From positions 1-60,975 of the forward strand of contig JAHCRH010000002.1 in the NCBI GenBank assembly GCA_020148025.1: 60,975 nucleotides of DNA. The letters are read 5' to 3'. Position 1 is the first letter of the stretch. Each line of letters opens with the position of its first letter. Both the position numbers and the translations under genes were made by a program. Shown piece by piece: positions 26,880 to 34,742 of the stretch. Under the pieces are notes generated by a model. That model saw only the letters and a list, made by a program, of their open reading frames with translations. It ran no database searches and was not told the origin of the DNA. Source of the DNA: Patescibacteria group bacterium (lineage in GTDB: Bacteria; Patescibacteriota; Minisyncoccia; Minisyncoccales; JAHCRE01).

Positions 26880-27872
26880 ATGTATAAGATTGTATATTTA
26901 TTTGGTGCAGGCGCAACTCATGCTGAAGTTGTTAATCTCAGGAAAGATCTTTCTGTAAAATTTCTAAAGGAAAATGGTTTATTGATAAATGATGTTTCTA
27001 AGAGAGTTATTAAAGAAGCGCAAGGTAATTCAAGATATTTAAAAAAGATTAAAATGGTTTCAGCGGCTGAGGGTTCTTTGAACATTGAATTATTGATAAG
27101 TCTGTTTGAAAAAAATCGTATCCCAGACGCCGAGTATAAAACTGACCTCCTAAAAAAATTAGTTAAAGACGATATCCTAGATAAATTAACTGATTATCGA
27201 CTAAAAAGATTTTATTTGCATAAAGCTTTATTAGAACTTCATTCGAAAATCAAAGATAAAGAAAAATTATTTGGTATTATTTCTCTGAATTATGATCATA
27301 TCCTGGATGAAGCATATAAGACTATATTTGAGCATGAACCAAATTACTGTTTTTCTTTAGAAGAATGCAAAAATATCCCTTTATTGAAATTGCATGGTTC
27401 TTTTAATTGGAAGAATATTATAATATACGGAAGAAAAAAGACTGTCCCAATCATTCCTTTTGGAATAGACAAAAATTATTTACAATTACCATATAACTTC
27501 ATTTGGGGTCGTGCAATGGAGATCTTAATAGATTGTGATGTACTTCGAATAATTGGTTGTTCACTCAATCAAAATGATGTTGGACTAATTGACTTACTCT
27601 TTAAAGCGCATCTAGCAAAAGGAAAACCGTTTGAGATTCAAATAATAGATTTCCAAAAAGTCGGTGCATCGATAAAAGGAAACTATGGTTTTTTCCCAGA
27701 AATTATAAAACCAAAAGATCTCGAGGATGCCTTAATAGCCGACGAGTCAATTCATGACCCCAGTAAGGGTGGAAATCCTTTTAAAATATGGTTAAGGGCA
27801 AAAGGGATGAAGATGTTAAAAGAAGAAGTTATTAGAAAAACCAAATATTTGAAAAAAGTTTTTGATTTATAA
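26880..27872 (+). CDS. SIR2-like (SIR2_2 family) protein, stand-alone
   Basis: YLFGAGATHAE (Rossmann GAG), ISLNYDHILDEAY, LLKLHGSFNW (catalytic His), LRIIGCSLNQNDV. No fused TIR, SLOG, STAND or HerA partner domain. Confidence 0.75.
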   Translation: MYKIVYLFGAGATHAEVVNLRKDLSVKFLKENGLLINDVSKRVIKEAQGNSRYLKKIKMVSAAEGSLNIELLISLFEKNRIPDAEYKTDLLKKLVKDDILDKLTDYRLKRFYLHKALLELHSKIKDKEKLFGIISLNYDHILDEAYKTIFEHEPNYCFSLEECKNIPLLKLHGSFNWKNIIIYGRKKTVPIIPFGIDKNYLQLPYNFIWGRAMEILIDCDVLRIIGCSLNQNDVGLIDLLFKAHLAKGKPFEIQIIDFQKVGASIKGNYGFFPEIIKPKDLEDALIADESIHDPSKGGNPFKIWLRAKGMKMLKEEVIRKTKYLKKVFDL

Positions 27873-27889
27873 TCACAGGCATAAAAAAT

Positions 27890-29005
27890 ATGTCAAAAAA
27901 AAATAAGAAGAAAAGAAAAAGCAAATCGGAGAAGAGAAGGAGTACTTTGCTACTTACAGTTAAGGAATTTATTAATAAATATGTCTATCGAATTGATTTA
28001 GATGCAGATTATCAAAGAGAAAAAGTTTGGTCAAAAAAAGAGCAGGAATTACTATTGGATTCGATACTTAGAGATATTGACATACCTAAAATTTATCTTG
28101 CCAAAGTTGAGGGCAATAAACAATTCGATTTTGAATGCATTGATGGAAAACAACGCATGATAACTCTATTAAATTATTTTAAACCAGATCCAAATGAAAA
28201 GAATTCTTTAATAGTTGAGGTTGCAGGAGGGAAATATACTTACAAACAATTAAAAAAAGAATATCCTAAAGCAGCAAAAAAAATTGAAAACTACGAGCTG
28301 ACTTTTATCATTTACAAAAAAATTGATGATGATCTTATCAGAGAAATATTTAGAAGATTACAATTAGGAATTAGACTGAATTCCGGTGAATTATTAAAAA
28401 CTTATACGGGTGCTATTAGAGATTTTATCTACAAAGAAATTGGAAATAAGGGTCCCTTCTTTAGATACACAAAACTATCTGAAAAAAGATTTTCAAGACC
28501 ATTTACCTTAGCTCAAATTTGCATTAATTCATTTAAACGCATAGAAACAGGTGATTTTGTCAGAGCAAGATTAGTAGATATCCAAGATTTTTTCGAAGAT
28601 AATTATAACCTAAAAAAGGACGATGAAAATTTAATTCGAATAAAAAAGGTTCTTAAAATTATGGATGCTGAATTTGGAGAAGATGCTAAAGACATTTCAA
28701 GCAGAGGGATTGCTGTAACAGCATATTTTTTTACTGAGAATTTATATCTAAAAGAGAAAAAAGGTCTTATTCCAAAATTTGTTGAATTCTATCTTAAATT
28801 ACTAGATGAAATCAAACATAATATGAAACTAATAAAGAGTTATGAAAAACCGGAAAATATTAATTTAATGGAGGAGTTCCATAAATATATCTTACAAGCT
28901 TCAGTTGAACCATACTCCATTCGAAGAAGACATAACTTCCTCAAAAAGGCTTTTGATTATTACTTAAATCCAGAGACAAAAGGAAAAATTATTGGTAGTA
29001 AATAA
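27890..29005 (+). CDS. DUF262 (ParB/Srx-like, GmrSD N-terminal type) protein without the DUF1524/HNH half
   Basis: DADYQREKVWSKKEQELLLDSILRDIDIPKIYL and IDGKQRMITLLNYF (the DGQQR motif). The C-terminal ~170 aa are helical and unassigned. Confidence 0.75.
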   Translation: MSKKNKKKRKSKSEKRRSTLLLTVKEFINKYVYRIDLDADYQREKVWSKKEQELLLDSILRDIDIPKIYLAKVEGNKQFDFECIDGKQRMITLLNYFKPDPNEKNSLIVEVAGGKYTYKQLKKEYPKAAKKIENYELTFIIYKKIDDDLIREIFRRLQLGIRLNSGELLKTYTGAIRDFIYKEIGNKGPFFRYTKLSEKRFSRPFTLAQICINSFKRIETGDFVRARLVDIQDFFEDNYNLKKDDENLIRIKKVLKIMDAEFGEDAKDISSRGIAVTAYFFTENLYLKEKKGLIPKFVEFYLKLLDEIKHNMKLIKSYEKPENINLMEEFHKYILQASVEPYSIRRRHNFLKKAFDYYLNPETKGKIIGSK

Positions 29006-29009
29006 TTTT

Positions 29010-30254
29010 TTACGAATTTTTCCAAATAATGATGCTTTCTCTTGAGGGCTTTCTTTTAAATTTTTTCATTTGCTGAGCACTATTTCCTCTGTATCTGGCA
29101 ACAAATATGATATCAGTTGATAATCCTGTTTGTTCACCTATCTCAGCAAGTATTTCATCAACAGGAATATTAACACCTCCAAAACGAACATTGCTTATAA
29201 CAAGCCCTATCTTCCCGTTCTTTTTTAGATGTTTTTGCATCTGCAATAATGAAAGATACATATCTTCAAAATATCCTTCAATCATCTCGGGAATTTTTGA
29301 ATTGTTCAAACCTGCCTTTTTAACCTTAGTAATTATTTCGTCAATGGTTGAAGGTTTTTTATAACCATTAGACTTAAACTTCTTTCTTGCTTCGACATGA
29401 GATCTAAGTGTGTCATATCTGATTTGTTTTAATTCATCATTATCCCCAACAAAATTAAATATTAATTCAAGCCCATATATTCTCGTATAATCATGCCTAT
29501 TTGGATATGGTGGGGAAGTAATTATTGCATCAAATTTTCTCTTTGTTGAAAATCTTCTTGAATCTGATATTTTTGCATTTACCTTTGCATTAGTGAATTT
29601 TGAATTATCATTGAATTCTTCAACATCTTGAATCATTACTTCAACTTTTGATAGAAATTTCGGATATACTTCTTTTCCAGAAACATTTTTTTCATCAATT
29701 CGTAAAAAACCTCCCGCCTTTGAAGTATTGCTTACCGATTCAAGTATGCTTAGTAATCCCAACATATAGAAATCTCTCACTTTGAGATCTCGAATCATAT
29801 TAATCTTGTACTTTAGATAAAGTAATTCGTCTTTTACATCGTTACTAAAAGCCTTCTCTATAATTTTAATATCGGGCAAATAAGTATTCTTTACTGTTAA
29901 TTTACCATTTCTATTAAAATTCTTAAGTCGTTGTCTTAGTTTACAGGGCTCATACGTTCTCGTTTTGACGTTAGATAAAAATACTGAAAAAGGAAGTATA
30001 TCAAAACCTTTTGAATTAATACCCAACTCTTTGCATGCAAGTAATGTTGTGCCACTACCACAGAAAGGGTCTAGAACCCATGAACCCTTACTAAGTTTGA
30101 ATTCTTCAATTAGCTTTTCAACCAACCCTTTCGAGTAGCTATGTTTAAAGACATGCCAGTTATATATTGGTTTACCGCGGTCACTAAAAGGAGATATGAG
30201 TGGCCCATACTCATTTGTCTTCATAATAAGAGGAGCGATAGCCATATGTAACAA
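29010..30254 (-). CDS. N4/N6 DNA methyltransferase (motif I before motif IV)
   Basis: VLDPFCGSGTTLLA (motif I) ... AIITSPPYPNRHDY (motif IV). Its stop is 4 nt from the stop of the DUF262 gene (convergent). Confidence 0.8.
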   Translation of the reverse strand: MLHMAIAPLIMKTNEYGPLISPFSDRGKPIYNWHVFKHSYSKGLVEKLIEEFKLSKGSWVLDPFCGSGTTLLACKELGINSKGFDILPFSVFLSNVKTRTYEPCKLRQRLKNFNRNGKLTVKNTYLPDIKIIEKAFSNDVKDELLYLKYKINMIRDLKVRDFYMLGLLSILESVSNTSKAGGFLRIDEKNVSGKEVYPKFLSKVEVMIQDVEEFNDNSKFTNAKVNAKISDSRRFSTKRKFDAIITSPPYPNRHDYTRIYGLELIFNFVGDNDELKQIRYDTLRSHVEARKKFKSNGYKKPSTIDEIITKVKKAGLNNSKIPEMIEGYFEDMYLSLLQMQKHLKKNGKIGLVISNVRFGGVNIPVDEILAEIGEQTGLSTDIIFVARYRGNSAQQMKKFKRKPSRESIIIWKNS

Positions 30255-30404
30255 TAATGTTTTTTAAAAGACTTAAAGAGTGAGCGAGAGAGCTTGATAG
30301 AAAATAAAAAATGGAATTTCATCTAACAAGTTTTAAACACACCCCATAAAAACTTGTTTTAAAATCGACCTTTTTAAAATTGCCCAGCGACGGGCTTTTT
30401 GAAA

Positions 30405-30456
30405 TTAGTTCCCTACCCTAACGGTTTACTTTGTCTTGCAAGATACCTTGTGCGAC
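30405..30456 (+). repeat. Junction repeat J3 (truncated C hairpin plus TCTTGCAA-N6-TTGTGCGA site)
   Basis: TTAGTTCCCTACCCTAACGGTTTACTTTGTCTTGCAAGATACCTTGTGCGAC. The 5' arm of the hairpin is replaced by a B-family hairpin (30382-30395). Confidence 0.7.
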
Positions 30457-30509
30457 GCTTTCCGTTATAGTAAATACCGTATGACATCAAATTGGATTAC
30501 CCCCCTTTT

Positions 30510-31808
30510 TTATGGGGACGATAATAAATCTCTAAGCTCTAGGGCATCATCAATGTTAAATTTCTTTTTACAGTAAGGGCATTCCATTGTTCTATCCAAC
30601 GATGACTTTCTTTTATTATGTAATTCTCTAGTGACCTCTCTTCTACAGAATGGACAGAAGAATTGTTCTCCACTAGGGTAGATGGCTCCTGAACCAGCTA
30701 TACCTAAATCACCGGGCCTAAAAGCTCTTGTAATATCTTCGCCCCTAATACCACTAACGCCTGTATCGTAGATTCTCTCAAAACCTCTATAATCACCGGG
30801 CCTAAAAGCTCTTGTAATATCTTTGCCCCTAATACCACTAACGCCTGTATCGTAGATTCTCTCAAAACCTCTATCGGGGCTGATAACTCCAACGCCAGCA
30901 TCAGAGATTCTATCAAGTCTGAAAACACCAGTATCAGGTCTGTCATATTCACTTCTCTCTTTAATTTCTTTTAAAGCTTGCTTTCTAACTTTCTTTTTGA
31001 TCTTTACATATTTTCCAGCTAATTCCATAAAATTATCTAATCGATACATATAAAAACTCATTTTAGTCTTTTCTACAAATTCATTGATAAGCTCTGGTCT
31101 TGGACCAATAATCTGATTTTGAGAAATTAACCACCAGTCTTCTTCCTTTTCGTCAGTAATCAAAATAACGCCTTTGTTTTCACTCGCAGCTTTATCAATC
31201 ATTTGTTTCCACATTACTAAGTCTCCATACTTTCTATTTCCTCTTTTTTCTTTCCTATCCTTGTAACCAGGTGGCACCTTTTCCTCGTACCTTTCCTTTC
31301 CTTCTCGGTAAATCTTTTTAAGATCCTTGCTAGAATACGGAGAACCAACTTTAGATTTAAATAGGCTAGAAATTTTTCTAATAATTTTGTCGTCGCTCAG
31401 TAGTTTCTTATACTTTTTCTTGCTAGCGTTTAACTCTTTTCTAATCTCTTTAAAAATCTCAGAAAGATCTTCCATAGTATCTTCCCTTATAAGATGACGC
31501 TTCCTGCGGTCTTTAAAGTCTTGTTCAATTTGATTAAGGGACTTAAAGATTAACTCGTGGGACTTTAACTGTTTTTCTATTACGTTTAGGCGATTCTTAA
31601 GACATTCTGAAGAAGCCTGATGAGACAACCAAATTCTTTCCTTAATTTTTGGCAAGGTTAAGATCCGAATAAATTCTTCTCTAGTTTTATCGGAGTACCT
31701 ATAAAGGTTCAATAAAACACTAGCATCGAAAGTAAAAATACAGCTATTCCATAAGCTTTTGAATTGTTTTTCGGATAGCTTGAAATATCCAGGAAAAGTT
31801 TTTTTCAT
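30510..31808 (-). CDS. PIN-like (DUF4935-type) nuclease-domain protein with a 28-aa tandem repeat and C-terminal zinc ribbon
   Basis: N-terminal FTFDASVLLNLYRYS, later ITDEKEEDWW. Repeats GFERIYDTGVSGIRG(K/E)DITRAFRPGD occur twice. C-terminal CPFC...CPYC. Confidence 0.6.
   Translation of the reverse strand: MKKTFPGYFKLSEKQFKSLWNSCIFTFDASVLLNLYRYSDKTREEFIRILTLPKIKERIWLSHQASSECLKNRLNVIEKQLKSHELIFKSLNQIEQDFKDRRKRHLIREDTMEDLSEIFKEIRKELNASKKKYKKLLSDDKIIRKISSLFKSKVGSPYSSKDLKKIYREGKERYEEKVPPGYKDRKEKRGNRKYGDLVMWKQMIDKAASENKGVILITDEKEEDWWLISQNQIIGPRPELINEFVEKTKMSFYMYRLDNFMELAGKYVKIKKKVRKQALKEIKERSEYDRPDTGVFRLDRISDAGVGVISPDRGFERIYDTGVSGIRGKDITRAFRPGDYRGFERIYDTGVSGIRGEDITRAFRPGDLGIAGSGAIYPSGEQFFCPFCRREVTRELHNKRKSSLDRTMECPYCKKKFNIDDALELRDLLSSP
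30708..30875 (-). repeat. 84-bp tandem duplication inside the PIN-like gene
   Basis: Units 30708-30791 and 30792-30875 are 82/84 identical. A degenerate third unit follows (about 30876-30950). Confidence 0.9.
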
Positions 31809-31936
31809 AAATAAATCCTCTATTTAAAAAATGAGACTTATCATTAAAAGTTGTTAACCTAAATAAAAATTGTCCAGCCCCGTACCGTCTGGGACAGAGC
31901 CCAGCGACGGGCTTTTCAGTTTATTCTGTAATATTT

Positions 31937-32119
31937 TCATTCATTTACTTCTACTCTAAAAAATTTCTCATTATCATCCAAAATACGGCCACAGCGCCCA
32001 CACTTCCATTGGCCAATTCTTGTTCCAGGACTAAGATATTTTTTATCCCCAACACACATATTCACCAAAACTCTGTCGGATTCCTTTTTGCACTTATTGC
32101 AAACATTAATTTTTTTCAT
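31937..32119 (-). CDS. Small zinc-ribbon protein (60 aa)
   Basis: CNKC ... CGRC pairs. Confidence 0.45.
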   Translation of the reverse strand: MKKINVCNKCKKESDRVLVNMCVGDKKYLSPGTRIGQWKCGRCGRILDDNEKFFRVEVNE

Positions 32120-32225
32120 GTTTTTTATAAAATTTATAGATTTTTCTTAATTTTTTCTTTCATAGATTGTTATCCGTCTCGGTCGCTCGAACCGAGCACA
32201 AGCCTGCTCCGGGGGACGGACGATG

Positions 32226-33092
32226 TTAGAACTTGTGCTTCCCGTGACTTATTAAATCTACAAGGCTAGAAGGACTCCCGTCCCAAAAAATTACATTAGT
32301 CAATTTGTGTAAATTAGCCTTTGTAGAATATGATAGTTTACTTATACCTATATCTTTTAGTTCAAAAATGGGCTTCTTAGAGAACTTAAATCTATGTGGC
32401 CACTTTTCGCTTGAACCGTGTTCCCATCTCTCTTTTTCATTATAATAATAACCCTCTGTAACTCTAAATACAATAATTTTCTCAATTTTGCCCTTGAATT
32501 TATTAAATGGAACTCTGCCACCAGTTACTGCCCTCCCCTTTCTTCTCAATGGATACCATGGCCCAATAAATGCAATCAAATCCTCTTTTTTTATATCTCT
32601 AAACCTATTTAATTGTCTGAAATTCTTAGGTACGCCCCATGTTTGTTTTTCAATCTCCTCATAAAAATGAATGTTTGCAGATTTATTTAAATAATAAAAC
32701 CATAATTTAGGAAATTTTCTCTCAGAAATTTCTTTAACTACTTCTTTCAATGACTCGGATAATATTCTATTAGAATTTTTGCTAAACCAATTTTCAAAGT
32801 CTTTTCTCTTAATTATTATTTGTTCAAGTTCAAAATTTTGATTTTGCTCAAAAACAATGATAAAGCCATTATCTTCCTTTAAAACTGAAATGTCATGATT
32901 AAAATCACTAGTTTTCCATTCAATTTCTGCTGGAACTTCGTTTCCGTCTTCCAGTAAACAATAAACATCTGGATATTGGTCAAAAGTAGGATTAAATTTA
33001 GATTTAATTATCTGTAGACCTCTGATAGAATATTTTTTACAATTTTCTACCCAATACTTCTGTAGTATTTTTTCATCAACCCATTTTGGCAT
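32226..33092 (-). CDS. PD-(D/E)xK nuclease-like N-domain fused to a PUA/EVE-like C-domain (candidate modification-dependent nuclease)
   Basis: YPDVYCLLEDGNEVPAEIEWK (PD ... ExK). C-terminal WFYYLNKS..TWGVPKNFRQLNRFRDIKKEDLIAFI ... IEKIIVFRVTEGYYYNE ... WPHRFKF resembles EVE/ASCH-type beta-barrel signatures. Confidence 0.4.
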   Translation of the reverse strand: MPKWVDEKILQKYWVENCKKYSIRGLQIIKSKFNPTFDQYPDVYCLLEDGNEVPAEIEWKTSDFNHDISVLKEDNGFIIVFEQNQNFELEQIIIKRKDFENWFSKNSNRILSESLKEVVKEISERKFPKLWFYYLNKSANIHFYEEIEKQTWGVPKNFRQLNRFRDIKKEDLIAFIGPWYPLRRKGRAVTGGRVPFNKFKGKIEKIIVFRVTEGYYYNEKERWEHGSSEKWPHRFKFSKKPIFELKDIGISKLSYSTKANLHKLTNVIFWDGSPSSLVDLISHGKHKF

Positions 33093-33124
33093 AAATATTA
33101 CTGAAAATAATTTTAATAACTTTC

Positions 33125-33313
33125 TTATTTTTTTCTTTTTCTCTTTTTAATTTCTTTCGATTTCTCAACGAGGTACAATAGAAGCCCTTCGATATTAACA
33201 ACCCTAGCTCTTCCTTTATTAATATCTTTGTGGCGAACAAAGAATGTAATTTTTCCTTTTGCTCTCCCAATATGAACTAAAAATGCTTCAGATTCTTTTA
33301 TTTTTTTAAGCAT
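33125..33313 (-). CDS. Small basic hypothetical protein (62 aa)
   Basis: The first ATG gives MLKKIKESEAFLVHIGRAKGKITFFVRHKDINKGRARVVNIEG... with a KKRKRKK tail. The overlapping alternative-frame ORF 33076-33270 is judged less likely. Confidence 0.35.
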   Translation of the reverse strand: MLKKIKESEAFLVHIGRAKGKITFFVRHKDINKGRARVVNIEGLLLYLVEKSKEIKKRKRKK

Positions 33314-33399
33314 ATTTAATTTAATTTTATTTCTCAATTAAGCCTTCGACTTTTTGTTTATTTCTCTTAATTTTTTTTCATAGATTTGGTCGTCAGCCA

Positions 33400-33717
33400 T
33401 TATCTCCAAAATTGATACCATTTTTTCCTACTTTTCCTGATTTTCTCAATATTCTTATCTATATAAGGGGTCGGCATCCAATTATCGGTCAAATCAATTT
33501 TGTAGTGGTAGTTCAATCTGTGGCCACATACTGAACAGTGCCTAAATTTTTGATTGATGTGCTTGCATTTGAGTTTTAGTAAAAATTTTGATAAAAATGG
33601 TATTTTAGAAAGATTAACAAACCCATACCCACATTGCTCACAATAATTAGCGTCTATATTGTTTCTCCATAAACAAATCTTACATTCTTTCTTATTGTTT
33701 ATATTATTCATATTCAT
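33400..33717 (-). CDS. Double zinc-ribbon protein (105 aa)
   Basis: CKIC-x12-CEQC and CKH...CSVC. Confidence 0.5.
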   Translation of the reverse strand: MNMNNINNKKECKICLWRNNIDANYCEQCGYGFVNLSKIPFLSKFLLKLKCKHINQKFRHCSVCGHRLNYHYKIDLTDNWMPTPYIDKNIEKIRKSRKKWYQFWR

Positions 33718-33851
33718 TTTTCCTTCCCCAAGTATAATGCTTCTCCACTTTCAAGATAGCCCGATTTTCGAGAAAGTTCAAGCAAGAATAAAAATTGCCC
33801 AGCGACGGGCTATTTATTTTGAGTATTCGAAATTTTGGGTATGTTCTCAGT

Positions 33852-34664
33852 TTATCCAATTCCTCGATTTGTTAGGCATACTTTATTTATCAGGCACTTA
33901 TTACATTTAGGTTTAGCGCTACAAACATCCCTTCCAAAATGCCAGAATATTCTATCCAATTCGCCGGGAGAGTAACCGCTTTTCTCTGATAATCTAATGA
34001 TTAGATTCCTAAGGAAAATATAATTTTTCTCATTCCCCGGATTAGTCCCTAAGTCGATATCACCGTACCCATAAACTAATAAACCAGTCCTACTTAGAAC
34101 CCTAACTACATGGAGGTCATTTGCGGCATAGAGCTTTGAAAAACAACTAAGTGCTAAATCTCTTACCTTAAAGCCAATATTTAGGATATTTAAAAATGGG
34201 TCGTCAGGAAAATTCTCTTTATATTTCTTTTCTGCTTCTTTAAAATATCGTTCCCAACCCTTTTTATATTTTTTAAATAATACCTTTTTAGCTCCTAAAA
34301 ATACTTTTGTTCCACTTTTCACTCCCCATCTATACTTTGCTTTTTTCAGAACGACTTTAGCTTTATCCTCGATGATATCGTTAAAAGTTTTAAATTCCGC
34401 ATTCATTTGTCGGTAAATATACGCTCCTCTCTCGCCCGGCATTGCTCTCATTAAAAGGTTCATAGTAAAGGTATTAAATATTTGAATGGGTTTTCCTTTC
34501 CTGTTCTGAGATAGTTGTTTTAGATAGGATTTTCTACAGTCTTCGATGGTTTGCCTTCGCTTTATATAACCTAAAGAGGGATGGATTTCTTCTGAACCAA
34601 AAGTAGATTCTATCTTCAGAATTGGAGAGATTATTTTATTTACATTAGGAAGTATCAACTTCAT
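33852..34664 (-). CDS. HhH-GPD / endonuclease III-like DNA glycosylase with Fe-S cluster loop and an atypical N-terminal extension
   Basis: IGFKVRDLALSCFSKLYAANDLHVVRVLSRTGL (HhH plus catalytic Asp context). FWHFGRDVCSAKPKCNKCLINKVC gives the C-x5-C-x2-C-x5-C cluster. Confidence 0.65.
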   Translation of the reverse strand: MKLILPNVNKIISPILKIESTFGSEEIHPSLGYIKRRQTIEDCRKSYLKQLSQNRKGKPIQIFNTFTMNLLMRAMPGERGAYIYRQMNAEFKTFNDIIEDKAKVVLKKAKYRWGVKSGTKVFLGAKKVLFKKYKKGWERYFKEAEKKYKENFPDDPFLNILNIGFKVRDLALSCFSKLYAANDLHVVRVLSRTGLLVYGYGDIDLGTNPGNEKNYIFLRNLIIRLSEKSGYSPGELDRIFWHFGRDVCSAKPKCNKCLINKVCLTNRGIG

Positions 34665-34742
34665 ATTAATACGTTATAAAGAAATTGCTCAGCGATGGGC
34701 TTTTTTTGTTCTTACTATAAAAACACAAAACTGACCATTCCA

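Noticed and set aside
26880-29005. Assignment to Thoeris, DSR, SIR2-HerA or GmrSD.
   Set aside because: There is no TIR, SLOG, HerA, Argonaute or STAND gene or domain nearby. The SIR2 protein is only 330 aa, whereas DSR proteins are about 1000 aa. The DUF262 protein lacks the DUF1524/HNH half that defines GmrSD-type enzymes.
30708-30875. Diversity-generating retroelement TR/VR pair.
   Set aside because: Only two substitutions separate the copies and they are not adenine-specific. The copies are directly adjacent inside one ORF. No reverse transcriptase is present in the window.
30704-30952. 82-aa ORF in an alternative frame of the PIN-like gene.
   Set aside because: It is an artefact of the 84-bp tandem repeat staying open in a second frame. 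It lies fully inside a longer, motif-bearing ORF.
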